A stretch of 64,000 nt of DNA, taken from the NCBI RefSeq assembly GCF_009914755.1, contig NC_060931.1. One strand, written 5' to 3'. This document shows positions 1 to 14,219 of this stretch, piece by piece. The position numbers and the translations under genes were made by a program. This DNA is from the human T2T-CHM13v2.0 reference genome, Homo sapiens. How positions within the stretch are numbered: the stretch's first letter is position 1; each line of letters begins with the position of its first letter. Under the pieces are notes generated by a model, which was not told the origin of the DNA, made no database searches, and worked only from the letters and a program-made list of their open reading frames with translations.

Positions 1-75
1 TGGTATGTTTCCTTCATTCTCGGTCTATCCTGAGATATGCCTTCTTTACACGAATGCTATATTTTGTAATGTGCC

Positions 76-238
<163 letters not shown>

Positions 239-351
239 TGTATGTTTTCTTTTGAAAAGTGTCTGTTCATGTCCTTTGCCTACTTTTTAACAGAGTTATT
301 TGCTTTTTCCTTCTACATTTGTTTAAGTTCCTTATAGATGCTGGATATTAG

Positions 352-1207
<856 letters not shown>

Positions 1208-3846
1208 ACATTTAAGTCTTTAATCCATCTTAAATTGATTTTTGTACATAGTGTAAAGAAGGGGTCAAATTTCAGTCTGCTCTATTTGGCTAGCCAGTTA
1301 TCCCAGCACCCTTTATTGAATAGGGATTCCTTTCCCCATTCTTTGTTTTTGTCATCTTTTTCAAAGATCAGTTAGTTGTACGTGTGCAGACTTATTTCTG
1401 GGCTCTCTATTCTGTTCCATTGGTCTATGTGTTTGTTTTTGTACCAGTACTATGCTGTTTTGGTTACTGTAGCCCTGTGGTATAGTTTGAAGTTGGGTAG
1501 CATGATGCCTCCAGCTTTGTTCTTTTTGTTTAGGATTGTCTTGGTTATTCAGGCTCTTTTTTGATTCCAGATGAATTTTAAAATAGTTTTTTCTAGTTCT
1601 ATGAAGAATGTCATTGTTAGTTTGATAGGAGTAGCATTGAATCTATACATTGCTTTGGGCGGTATGGCCATTTTAATGAAATTGATTCCTCCTATCCATG
1701 AGCATGGAATGTTTTTCCATTTGTTTATGTCATTTCTGATTTCTCTGCGCAGTGTTTTGTAGTTTTTTTTGTAGAGAACTTTTGCTTCCTTGGTTAGCTG
1801 TATTTCTAGGTATTTTATTCTTTTTGTGGCAATTGTGAATGGGATTGCTTTCCTGATTTGGCTGTCAGCTTGACTGTTGATTTTGTATCCAGAAACTTTG
1901 CTAAAGTTTTTTTTTTAATCAGCTTAAGCAGCTTTTGGGCCGAGACTATGGGGTTTTCTAAGTATAGGATCACGTTATATATGCAAATAAGGATGGTTGG
2001 ACTTCCTCTCTTCCTATTTAGGTGCCCTTTATTTCTTTCTCTTGCCTGATAGCTCTGGCCAGTACTTCCAATACTATACTGTATAGGAGTGGTGACAGAG
2101 GGCATCCTTGTTTTGTGCTGGTTTTCAAGGGGAATGTTTCTAGCTTTTGCCCATTCAGTATGATGTTGGCTGTGTGTTTATCATAGATGGTTCTTATTAT
2201 TTTAAGGTATGTTCTTTCAATACCTAGTTTATTGAGAGTTTTTAATATAAAGGAGTTGATTCCATGTCTCTACTATTGTGAACAGTCCTGCAATAAATAT
2301 ACGTGTGCATGTGTCTTTATGACAGAACAATTTATATTCCTTTGGGTATGAATTTGGGTTGAATTTTATTGAAAGCCTTTTCTGCATCTATTGAGATAAT
2401 CAAGTGGTTTTATCCTTAGTTCTGTTTATGTGATGAATCACATTTATTGATTTGTGTATGTTGAACCAACTTACATTTCAAGGATAAAGCCTACTTGCTC
2501 CTTGTGGATAAGCTTTTTGATGTGTTGCTGGGTTTGGTTTGCCAGTATTTTGTTCAAGATTTTTGCATCAATATTCACCAAGGATATTGGCCTCATGTTT
2601 TCTTTTTTCATTGTCTCTGCCAGGTTTTGGTATCAGGATGATGCTGGCCTCATAGAATGAGTTAGGGAAGAGTCCTTCCTCCTCATTTTTTTGGAAAAGT
2701 TTCAGTAGGAAACTTTTGGAGCTCGTTATTGGGCCACTGAGGAACTCAGTTTCTTCCTGATTCAGTCTTGGGAGGGTGTATGTGTCCAGATGTTTTTCCA
2801 TTTCTTCTATATTTTCTAGCTTATGTGCATAGAGGTGTTCATAATATTCTCTGAGGTTATTTGCATTTTTGTGGGGTCAGTGGTAACATCCCCCTTGTCA
2901 TTTCTAATTGTGTTTATTTAAATCTTCTCTCTTTTCTTCTTTATTAGTCTAGCAGTGGTCTATTTTCTTAATTTTTTCAAAAAATCAACTCCTGGATTTG
3001 TTAATCTTTTGATTTTTTATGTGTGTCTTAATCTCCTTCAGTTCAGCTCTGATTTTGGTTATTTCTTGTCTTCTGCTAGCTTTGGGTTTGGTTTGCTCTC
3101 AGTTCTCTAGTTTTTTTAGTTGTGATGTTAGGTTATTACACTGAGATCTTTTCTAACTCTTTGATGTGGGCATTTAGTGCTATGAATTTCCCTCTTAACA
3201 CTGGTTTAGCTGTGTCCCAGATATTCTGGTATGTTGTATCTTTGTTCTCCCTAGTTTCAAAGAACTTCTTGATTTCTGCCTTAATTTCATCATTTACCCA
3301 AAAGTCATTCAGAAGCAGATTATTCAATTTCCATGTAATGTATGGTTTTGAGTCTCAGTAGGTCACATGCCCCCCTAGTCCACTGGATCTGCACCCAGCT
3401 CAGCACTAGGATTTGCCTAAGAATTGCAGTCCTTGTGGCCCAGACTGCCCCACAAGTTCACTTAGGGTCCCAGAGCACTCCAGCCCACAGTGGCGAGGCT
3501 TGCTGGAACTCAAGCTCTGATTGCTGGGCTGGGTGACTTCGCTTTGGCTAGGGCCAATCCAAATGCTCCGTCTGTGGGCAGACATCAGCTGAATACAGCC
3601 TGGATCTAATTTCCACTATGAGAGGGCCACTCTGAGTTCAATGCAAAGCCTCACAATTGCTGCACTCTCTCTCTCCCAAGAGACCAGATTCTTTGTACAC
3701 AGCTGCTGCCGTGGGGTGGGGGAGGGGTGGCATCAATGCTTCAAGTCTGTCTTTCCTGCTCACGTCACTGTCTCTTTCAGTGATACGAATTTCAAATGAG
3801 GTAATGTGATTGCTCACTGATTTTTGGTTCTTGTGAGAGTATTTTT

Positions 3847-3885
3847 ATTATTATTATTATTATACTTTAAGTTTTAGGGTACTTG
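3847..3885 (-). mobile_element. Extremely 5'-truncated young L1PA 3' end
   Basis: (TTA)n-TACTTTAAGTTTTAGGGTAC, the L1PA 3' terminus, flanked by 18-bp TSD TCTTGTGA(G/A)AGTATTTTT (3829-3846, 3886-3903). Confidence 0.85.
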
Positions 3886-3990
3886 TCTTGTGAAAGTATT
3901 TTTGCATGCAGTTAGTTGTTAAAACGTGGTGTTCCTGCTGTGGGGACGAATGGTGTAGGCTTCTATTCAGCCATCTTGCTCTGCCTCTCC

Positions 3991-5280
3991 CATATAAATA
4001 ATTAATATACATTCAAGAAACATCAATGGATGCTGAAACCAGTGGGTAAACATTTGATGAGGAATAGGATATCTGTCTCATCTCAAAGTACCTCTTTACA
4101 AAATGCTTATTAATTACTAAAAGCAGGTACTTTACAACTGAGAGACTAGCAGATCTCACTTGTATTAGTTTTCTATTGCTGCATGACAAATTACCACAAA
4201 CATAACAGCTTGAAACAACCCATTTATGGTCTTATAGTTCTGTAAGTTAGAAGTCCAGGCAGTCCCCCTGAGTTCTTTGCCTAGGGTCTCCCAAGGCTGC
4301 AATCAAGGTGTTGGCCAGGCTGGGCTCTTCTCTGGAGGCTTTGGGGAAGAATCCCTCTCCCAGAATTCAGTTCCCTGCTACAATTAGACCAAAGTCTCTA
4401 TTTCCTTGCTGGCTGTCAGATGGTGGTTGTGTTCCATTCCTGGAGGCCAATCACACAGTTCTGTGCTGTGGGTCTTCTCCATCTCAACAAGGTAGAGCTT
4501 CTCTGGAGGTGAATCTCTGCCACATCTCGAATATTTTTGACTTCTGCCATCAGCTCTCAAAAACTCTCTGCTTTTAAAGGCTGGATTTATTTAGATTAGG
4601 CCTACTTCGGTAATTGTCCATTTGCAATATAACACCATCATGGGAGTAATATCATGAGCCAAGGTCATAGGGCCATCTTAAAATTCTGCCTACCATACAA
4701 TCTTAATCAAGTGATCAATTTAATATTACTAGTAATAGGACAAATTGAAATTGTGTACCACTTGATAGTATGCAGTGTGAAGAATCCGGCTTCAAATCTG
4801 TGATATCTCTGCTAAAGACGTATAATTTGAATCTAAACACTAGGAAACATCAGACAAACCCACAATGAGATAAATCCCACAAAATTAGTGGTCTGTAGTG
4901 TTTAAAATAGTCAAAATTATGAAATCAGAAAAACTGAGAAATGGTTCCAAATCAAATAATATTAAAAAGACATGATAAATGAAATATGTAATTTTAAAAT
5001 GGATCATTTGGCTAAAATGGATATTACTGGGGCAACTGAAAAAAAATTAATGATGTCTGAAACAAAATGATAGTAATGTATTAGAATTAATTTCCTCATT
5101 TCAATGGTTTAAATATAGTAAGAGGTGTAAGTCTTCGTAAGAATTGCACACTAATGCATTTAAGGGTGATGGGGTATCATGTTGGTAAAATACTCTCAAA
5201 TTACTAAGGAAAAAAAGTTCTTTGTACGATTTCTGCAATTTTTCCTGAAATTTTTTTCTGAAATTATCCAAAAGAGAAAA
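3991..5280 (+). mobile_element. L1MC-type 3' region, interrupted by MLT1 LTR
   Basis: CATCAATGGATGCTGAAACCAGTGGGT...CTTAATCAAGTGATC motifs; similar to the copy at 39340-39720. Confidence 0.7.
4161..4697 (-). mobile_element. MaLR MLT1-type solo LTR
   Basis: TGTATTAGTTTTCTATTGCTGC...ACAAATTACCACAAA...GGCCATCTTAAAATTCTGCCTACCA. Confidence 0.85.
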
Positions 5281-5529
5281 AAAGAATCATTAGTTAGTTA
5301 ATAAAGAAAATAAAAAAGACAAACTAGATACAAAGCAGAATTGAAAAGAAATGATTTGGGGAAGAATCTTACATATTCTTCTTAAAATCCATTTTATTTT
5401 ATGTTGAACATTAAAAAAAAACACCAAACATAAGGTTCTGTCCCCTTTACCAAATCAGTTTGCAAAAATGGAAAAATTGTTAACTGGGAAGAAACGTCAC
5501 TAAATCAATGTGAGTAATAAAACTGGTTT

Positions 5530-5827
5530 TGCTGGGCATGGTGGCTCACGCCTATAATCTTAGCACTTTGGGAGGCCGAGGAGGGAGGATCTCTTGAGCC
5601 CAGGAGTTTAAGAGCAGCCTGGGCAACATGGCAAAACCCTGTATCTACAAAAAAGACAAAAATGAGCTGGGCATGGTGGTGTCAGCCTGTAATCCCAGCT
5701 ACCCCAGGGGGCTGAGGTGGGAGGGTCTCTTGAGCCCGGGAGGTGGAGATTGCAGTGAGGCATAACCATGCACTCCGGCCTGAGCCACAGAGCAAGACCC
5801 TGTCTCAAAACAGAAACAAAAACAAAC
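5530..5827 (+). mobile_element. AluJ
   Basis: GAGGATCTCTTGAGCCCAGGAGTT and GCAACATGGCAAAACCC (J-type), A-rich tail. Confidence 0.92.
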
Positions 5828-6560
5828 TTGTCTGAGTAGTTCTCAGACAATCAGTGTATCAAAATGGCAAAGCAGAATTTCAGAAGGACAGAAAAACAGT
5901 ATTTGTTTCTACAGTATATTAAGAAGGTGATAAATGTTTTTAAAAGTATACAGAAACGTCAAGAGTTTTGTCATGGTCCCAGGGTTACAGAAAGACAATG
6001 ACCTTCCTTTATGTGGCAATAACAGGGGTTTATAACAGTTTTTAAAAACATTTCATAAGCAGTGAATATTTACTGATCATTCATGTTTCTCCTGGAATTC
6101 AACGCTTAATCAATATACAGGGTCTACATTTTGGTTTCTGTAAAAACAAAAATCACCCAAGCTTAGGTTTTTTAATTGTCTTAGTAACATTATCAAACTC
6201 TAATCATCACCTGAGACACACATTTAAGGTTCTACTTTTTTTTTTTAATAAACTGTAATGACTTCCACAGGTTGGTTCTCTGCAGTTTGGATTTCCACGT
6301 CCAGATATGGTCTGATCAAATGTTAAGTTTGCTGGCTGAGTTCTCGGCACCATGACTTTGCAGATGCACCTTGCTCACCCTGTCTTTAGATTTGGGATTT
6401 TGACTTTTGTTTGTACAAGATACATCGTTGTCACTCTCTCCCACCAAGGCCAGGGCTGTGGACTCTTGGAGGAGAGCAGGCTTGTGAGAATCAGAAACAG
6501 CCACATGTCCCCAGCTCATTCTTTCTCTTAAGAACCTCTTTTCCTGGTGCTAGTTATTGT

Positions 6561-6582
6561 AAAAAAAAAAAAAAAAAAAAAA
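6561..6582 (+). repeat. poly(A) tract (22 nt)
   Basis: Seen directly. Confidence 0.95.
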
Positions 6583-7404
6583 GTCCCAAAAAAGTTATTT
6601 TAAAAAAGTCCCACATCTCCCATGTATACTCTTCAGAAGAAACCACATGCCAAGTATTTTCTTAAAAGTACACAATCAGAAAATTAGTAAATTGGTAAAG
6701 TTAGAAACTACAACCCTTCCTAAAGTATTAATATTCCCACATCTGCCAAAAATAAAGTTCCCCCTCTTCTGCTTGCCTCTCAGATAATTTAACGTCAGAA
6801 GAGGCTTTTTCTGAACCCTATACTTTTTCTTGGCAACAATTTGGAGCTAGCCCTAAAGGCACTGGAACTCTTGAATCTGCTTCCTTAATTTCTGCTTCAG
6901 CTCTCAGAAGGAACAAGTGATCTTGGGAAAATACAACTTTCGGCTCCTTTTGTCTCCTCTGATTCCAACACTAAAGGGGCAGCTTCTGTCCGTTTAGCTT
7001 CACTTGATTTATTTATAAACAAACAGTTAATATTCTAAAGCAGAAAATCCTGCTGCAATTGGCGTGTCCTAATGTTTTGTAACTTAGTTCCGTTCTACCC
7101 ACAAGCCGGAAACCAAGCATCCAGACAAGGACTTTAAACACTTGCTTCATCGTCATATTATCAGCTGCAATTTCACCCATTATGCATTCACTAGGTACAA
7201 AGCAGCACACTCATAGCGGCAAGCTCTACCAGCTGAAAAACTAACAGCTTTGTCTCACTGGAGCCCTGCCCTTTTTCTGTGCAAGATGTGAGCTAGGGCT
7301 GGTAGAAAAGGTAACTCCAAGGCTAGCATGCAGCCGTAGGCTTCAGGCTGCAGGAGAAGGGATGTGGCTGATTTAGGAAGTTTAGCATGTGCCTGCCAGT
7401 CTAG

Positions 7405-7985
7405 AAGTGGAACCAAACGCATGTTCGCTGCTTGCGGAGTCTAATTAACAAGAGCGAGGTCTGGTAGAAAGAAAGTGACTTTATTAACCAACACTAGTAA
7501 AGGGGAAGCTGCTGGATTCCTCCTATCCAAAGGAACTGCTTTGTGTCTAGCGGGGAAAGCAAGAGTTCAAAATGGGAAAACTTGGTAAGGAAGGCATGCA
7601 GGAATTGTGCTGATTCCAATGCCTGTGTGTCTTGCTCTGGTGGCTGTCTTGGGTCCCAGGCCACCTGGATCTCAGGCTGGCATCATCTTAACAATGGCTG
7701 GGTTGTTGACTAGTCACCTTGAAGTCATCTCTGGAATTCTGTAGCGGGGTCTCCAGACTTGGTCTGCCTAAAAATTAGCCCCATAATAATTATGTGCCTT
7801 TAGACACTAGCATGCAGTTAGATAAATGTGAAGGGACTATATTCGGTGAGAAAGAGGGACGTGGAGTCCATTTTAAGGCTAAGGAAAAAGGCTTCTGCAG
7901 TTTGCTTCAAGGTTTTATGTTGAAATCCAAGAGAAAGGAAAAAAAATGTTTAAAATGCATTTTGAAGTTAAGTTGCCTAGTTACA
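7405..7985 (-). mobile_element. ERV solo LTR (ERV1-class; subfamily not determined)
   Basis: Minus strand starts TGTAACTAGGCAAC..., has AATAAAGTCAC poly(A) signal near 7480 and LTR-like length. Confidence 0.65.
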
Positions 7986-8275
7986 GAATCATAGACTCGA
8001 GGTTGGTGGGGCCCAGAGGCACTGGAGGTCTTCTAGATCTTCAATATTACACACAGTCTGGCTAATGTTTAAACACCTCTAGGGATCAGGAATTCACTTC
8101 CCAACGAATATTTAGGAGAAAATCTTGTGTTTAGCAAGTCTTTCTTAACGTGCAGCTAAAATGCCATCTTCCTTTATCCTCCATTTGTAGATCTCAATTC
8201 TGCATGCAGTGACGGCACGGAACGGGTCTTTTCCTATTCCTAATGAAAGCCCTCCAAATATTTGATATAGGTCTT
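7986..8275 (-). mobile_element. L3/CR1 fragment
   Basis: AAACACCTCTAGGGA...AAGTCTTTCTTAA...GCCCTCCAAATATTTGA resembles L3 consensus. Confidence 0.55.
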
Positions 8276-8492
8276 ATATTCCTATGTTACACCCAATTGT
8301 TTTTGATGAATACCCCCAATTAATGGATACAGTTCAAATTCCACAAATTAAATTCATTTTTAAATTCAATTTATTAAAAATTGATTTATTAGTTTACTAA
8401 TATTGATACATCAATTAAATTACATAACCTCAATTAATACAGTTCCAAATGGATGTGTGTTTAATACCCTTGGCTTTAAGAGAGAGAGAGAA

Positions 8493-8790
8493 GGCCGGGC
8501 ACGGTGGCTCACGCCTGTAATCCAAGCACTTTGGGTGGCTGGGGCGGGTGGATCACGAGGTCAGGAGTTCAAGACCAGCCTCGCCAAGATGGTGAAACTC
8601 CGTGTCTACTAAAAATACAAAAATTAGCTGGGCGCAGTGGCAGGCACCTGTAATCCCAGCTACTCAGGAGGCTGAGGCAGGAGAATTGCTTGAACCAGGC
8701 GGCAGAGGTTGCAGTGAGCTGAGATCGCACCACTGCACTCCAGCCTGGGCGACAGAGCTAGACTCCGTCTTAAAAAAAAAAAAATAACAA
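8493..8790 (+). mobile_element. AluS (Sg-like)
   Basis: Full dimer GGCCGGGCACGG...GGATCACGAGGTCAGGAGTTC, poly-A tail. Confidence 0.95.
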
Positions 8791-10011
8791 GAGAAAGACA
8801 GGAGGCTCCAGCTGAATCTTTTAGGCTGTCAGTACCTTAGTAGGGTCATTTTGAGACCAAGGTCCAGTCTACAGTTTTTGACATTTAAAAAATTATTTCT
8901 AAAAATGTATTTTTGTTAGTCCACTCAGGAATAATATCGGGGATGATCCATAATAATCTAGTCATTAAAAAACTGATAAATATAGTAGAATCTTACATAA
9001 CTATTCAGAGAGATATATCCATCAAGCCGACTGAAACATATGTGCACCTGCCTGCTGGTCATATATGATCTTTTCAGTAGCCAGAAAACCTTTGAAAATG
9101 ATTTGCATATCAGAAGAGTGATTATAATAAATAACTTAAGCCTGAGGCACTTACCATCTTGATTGATCCTAAGGACAGAGCACACTGCCATATGCCTGCA
9201 GCCCAGTGGGTAGATCCTCTTTTGATAGTTGTGGAGGGAGATTCTCATAAATTCTGGATGAATGATTCTTCCCTTTCAATATTCATTATCAGACATACAA
9301 GTCTTCCATCATCTCTGTATTTGGCAGTATGTGTAGTGGCTATGAGGCTTGTCTCTAGAGTAAGTATTTATCAAATGAAGGACTGAATACACAAACCACA
9401 TGCCACCGGGATAGGATAAAGTCAGTTGAAGTTTAATGATGGGAGCATATTTTGCTGGAGTATAGTTTGAAAGCATTGCCTTTCCAGATAAAATTTGTAA
9501 AAGACGTCACCTCAGGCTCCTTCCTATGGTTTAGAAAACACTCCAGTTAGTAATGTTTGTAACATCTTTTGGGGGAGTAAGTTGATTCAGAGATGAGATA
9601 CAGGATATCCATTTTTATTACTTTCTATTGAAGAGGGTGGAATTTCTATCTTCTCCATCTGACTGGGTACACCTACCCGGAAAGACTCTGTAGCTCCTAT
9701 GCTCTTTCTACAGTAGAGAAGGGCTTCAGAGAGGACAGGATGGATGACCTCAGCCCCCCAGATAAAGGAGGATGTGAGCTCAACTGCTGCAGTTGGGGAA
9801 GCTGAAATGTGGTAAGGGATTTCAGGGAGTGGGGAAGGCTTAGAATACTTCCATGAGGAATCCCCTAAGAAGTTCATGAAGAATGAAAGTTGAACATTGA
9901 AGTCACCACTGAGGTTACATATCACATATTTAGAATTAAGTCACTGTGCAGACTTTTGTAATTTTCTGCCAAGCACCTGGCTGCCCAGAGAAAGAGAGAT
10001 AAGAAGGTTGA

Positions 10012-10165
10012 TTTTTTTTTTGTCTTTTTTCTTGTTTCCTTTTTGTGGAGAACAGGGTCTCGCTATATTGCCCAGGCAGGTCTCGAACTCCTGGGCTTAA
10101 GCTATCCTCCCGCCTCTTGTCTCCCTGAGAGCTGGGATTACAGGCGTGAGCCACCATGCCTGGCC
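10012..10165 (-). pseudogene. BC200 (BCYRN1) RNA retropseudogene, lacking the 3' C-rich unique domain
   Basis: Reverse complement carries BC200 diagnostics CCCAGCTCTCAGGGAG, AAGAGGCGGGAGGATAGCTT, GACCTGCCTGGGCAATATAGCGAGACC, GTTCTCCA and the A-rich AAAAGGAAA..AAAAGACAAAAAAAAAA; 15-bp TSD AAGAAG(G/T)TTGATTTT (10001-10015, 10166-10180). Confidence 0.9.
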
Positions 10166-10573
10166 AAGAAGTTTGATTTTATCTAGTGTTGGGAATTGCC
10201 TAAGTACAAAGGATTCCAGGAGGCCTAGTGACATTAACTGATCTTTAAATAGAAAATCGTTAAGGGTTGTTTAGCAGGAAATGTTTCAAAGCAGGGGAAA
10301 GGCTACCCATGTAGACAGATAGGAGATGATTATAGACAATTAACCTGAGAGTAACCTGTCATCTCCCCAATGGCTGAGGTCTCACCATTTCTCTGGTTTA
10401 CACTTGCATGGGGCTTAAGATCTTCTTGGCCCCAGCTGACTGACCTCCCTGTATTATTTGCTATTGTTTGTTTAATTCCACTATTGTCTTACCCCTTCAA
10501 ACTTCAGGCTTTCATTATAAATATTAATAATCTGACTTGGTGCCCAAGCTGGGGGACAGTCTAGTTGGGGCTC

Positions 10574-10592
10574 TGCTGCCACCTAGTGGTCT
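10574..10592 (-). promoter_or_regulatory. CTCF consensus motif
   Basis: Minus strand CCACTAGGTGGCAG (10589-10576) matches the CTCF core CCASYAGRKGGCRS. Confidence 0.65.
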
Positions 10593-10639
10593 TTAGTCGC
10601 TTCGCATGTCTATGGTGTCTAGGCTACGAAGGGGGCAAG

Positions 10640-10910
10640 TGAAACCAAGAGACGGCTTGAATAGAAGCATTCAAGGGGTCTGGAGTTCACGACGAGGGTA
10701 AACAGAAAAAATTATGAGGTACCAGGAAGACAGAAGAATAATAGTTTGTAGTCTAGAAGAATTTCAGAGTTTGAGATCTTGATGATGGAGGAGTACTAGG
10801 GAGGATAATACCAAAGAAGTGGCTATGGTTGGGTGTGGCTGAAAAAGACTGAAGAAGATTAAAGTTGAAGGTCAAGGAGTTCAGGGTCAGTTTGTTGCAA
10901 GGGCCATTTA
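10640..10910 (-). mobile_element. L2 fragment
   Basis: GA-rich decayed L2-like sequence (GAGTTTGAGATCTTG, GTGGCTATGG, GAAGGTCAAGGA). Confidence 0.5.
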
Positions 10911-11884
10911 CATTCTCCACTTAGAGGTGAGTGTCCCTGTGTTAGGGTCCACGTTTCGGTAATACGTATTTTTTATCTTCCACACTTCCCAATACAGTGT
11001 CAGCAAAATGTTGGTGGAATTGACTTGAGTGTTGAAGAAAAAAATCACTCACGATGATTGTAGGGGATGGAGTGATGATTATAACTTTGGACTTGCTGAT
11101 CTATACTTTTAGATGAGAATGGCTTCAAATAGGCGGCTTTCTCAAGCCAGGCAGCTATTTTCACTCTTTCAGTGACTGCCCCAACGTATCTCCACTGGAC
11201 AAATCTCCTCATTCCTGGTATTTTACAGTTTGTTGTGATTCCTTCTAAGGCAGGAGAATATCCTGGATGTTGCTGTGTGCTCATTGTCTGAAATGAGCAC
11301 ACCACATGTAGCAGTGCCCTTCTTACCTTTCCTGCCATTGATTCTCCATGTGAACTTTCTGTAAGCAAGATGTTCATCCAGGAGTTCTCCAAAGCCTACC
11401 TTCTTTTCACTCCTTTCTGAGTTTGTAAAAAATTTTGGGAGTCAGTTACTCTACTTTCCCATACTACTTCAGGAAATTTGGAATTCCTGCACATCTGTTT
11501 CCTGGGTAAGTTGGCTCTTGATTGCACTGTTTTCAGTCAGCTGGGTCTTTGGCCAACCCAGAGTATTCCTTTGTTAATTCCCACAAGCTAGAGGATTTCT
11601 AGAGATTTTTTTTCATTCCTTATTCTGTGGACTCTTTATTTCTTCTCACCCTAAATCATCTGCTTGCCTCACCCCTGCCCCACTCTGATTTAACTCCCAT
11701 GTGGCTCATTAGCTCCAAGCCAGTTTGCAGCGACTCCCAGGCTCTCAGCTGCCTGAAGGATTGGCTGCCATAATGGACACTTTGATGACTATTCTGGTTG
11801 TCTCTTGATTCTTAGGACATCTTTGTAGGCCAGCCTATCTATAAGATGACTTCCTTCTTTGTCAGCTATAATAATGGATATTGA

Positions 11885-12160
11885 TTTTTTCCTAATTTTT
11901 CATTATAGGAATTTTGAACTTATAGAAAGTTAGAGGGAATAGTGTATTGAATGTAGTGTACATATCACTCAGCTTTAGTATCATTTACAGACAATATTAT
12001 TTCATCTGTACTTTTTTACTTCCCTGATTATTTTGAAACAAATCCTAAACATCATATCCTTTTATCTGTCAATGACAGTGCATAGCTTTAAAAAATAAGA
12101 ACACTTATTGTGTCTCACCTAAAAATTAGCAAAATTTAGCAAACAAATTTCCAAAGTCAT
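11885..12160 (-). mobile_element. L1M 3' fragment
   Basis: TATAGAAAGTTAGAGGGAATAGTGTA...ATTATTTTGAAACAAATCCTAAACATCAT. Confidence 0.65.
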
Positions 12161-12164
12161 TCAG

Positions 12165-14210
<2,046 letters not shown>

Positions 14211-14219
14211 CTAGATCAA

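Noticed and set aside
1815-3327. ORFs with L1 ORF2 peptides
   Set aside because: Fragments of a deleted, frameshifted L1; not an intact RT.
11045-11392. Possible integrase motif (FVQWRYVGAVT resembling WQVDYIGPLP)
   Set aside because: Similarity too weak to call by eye; kept only as an unassigned region.
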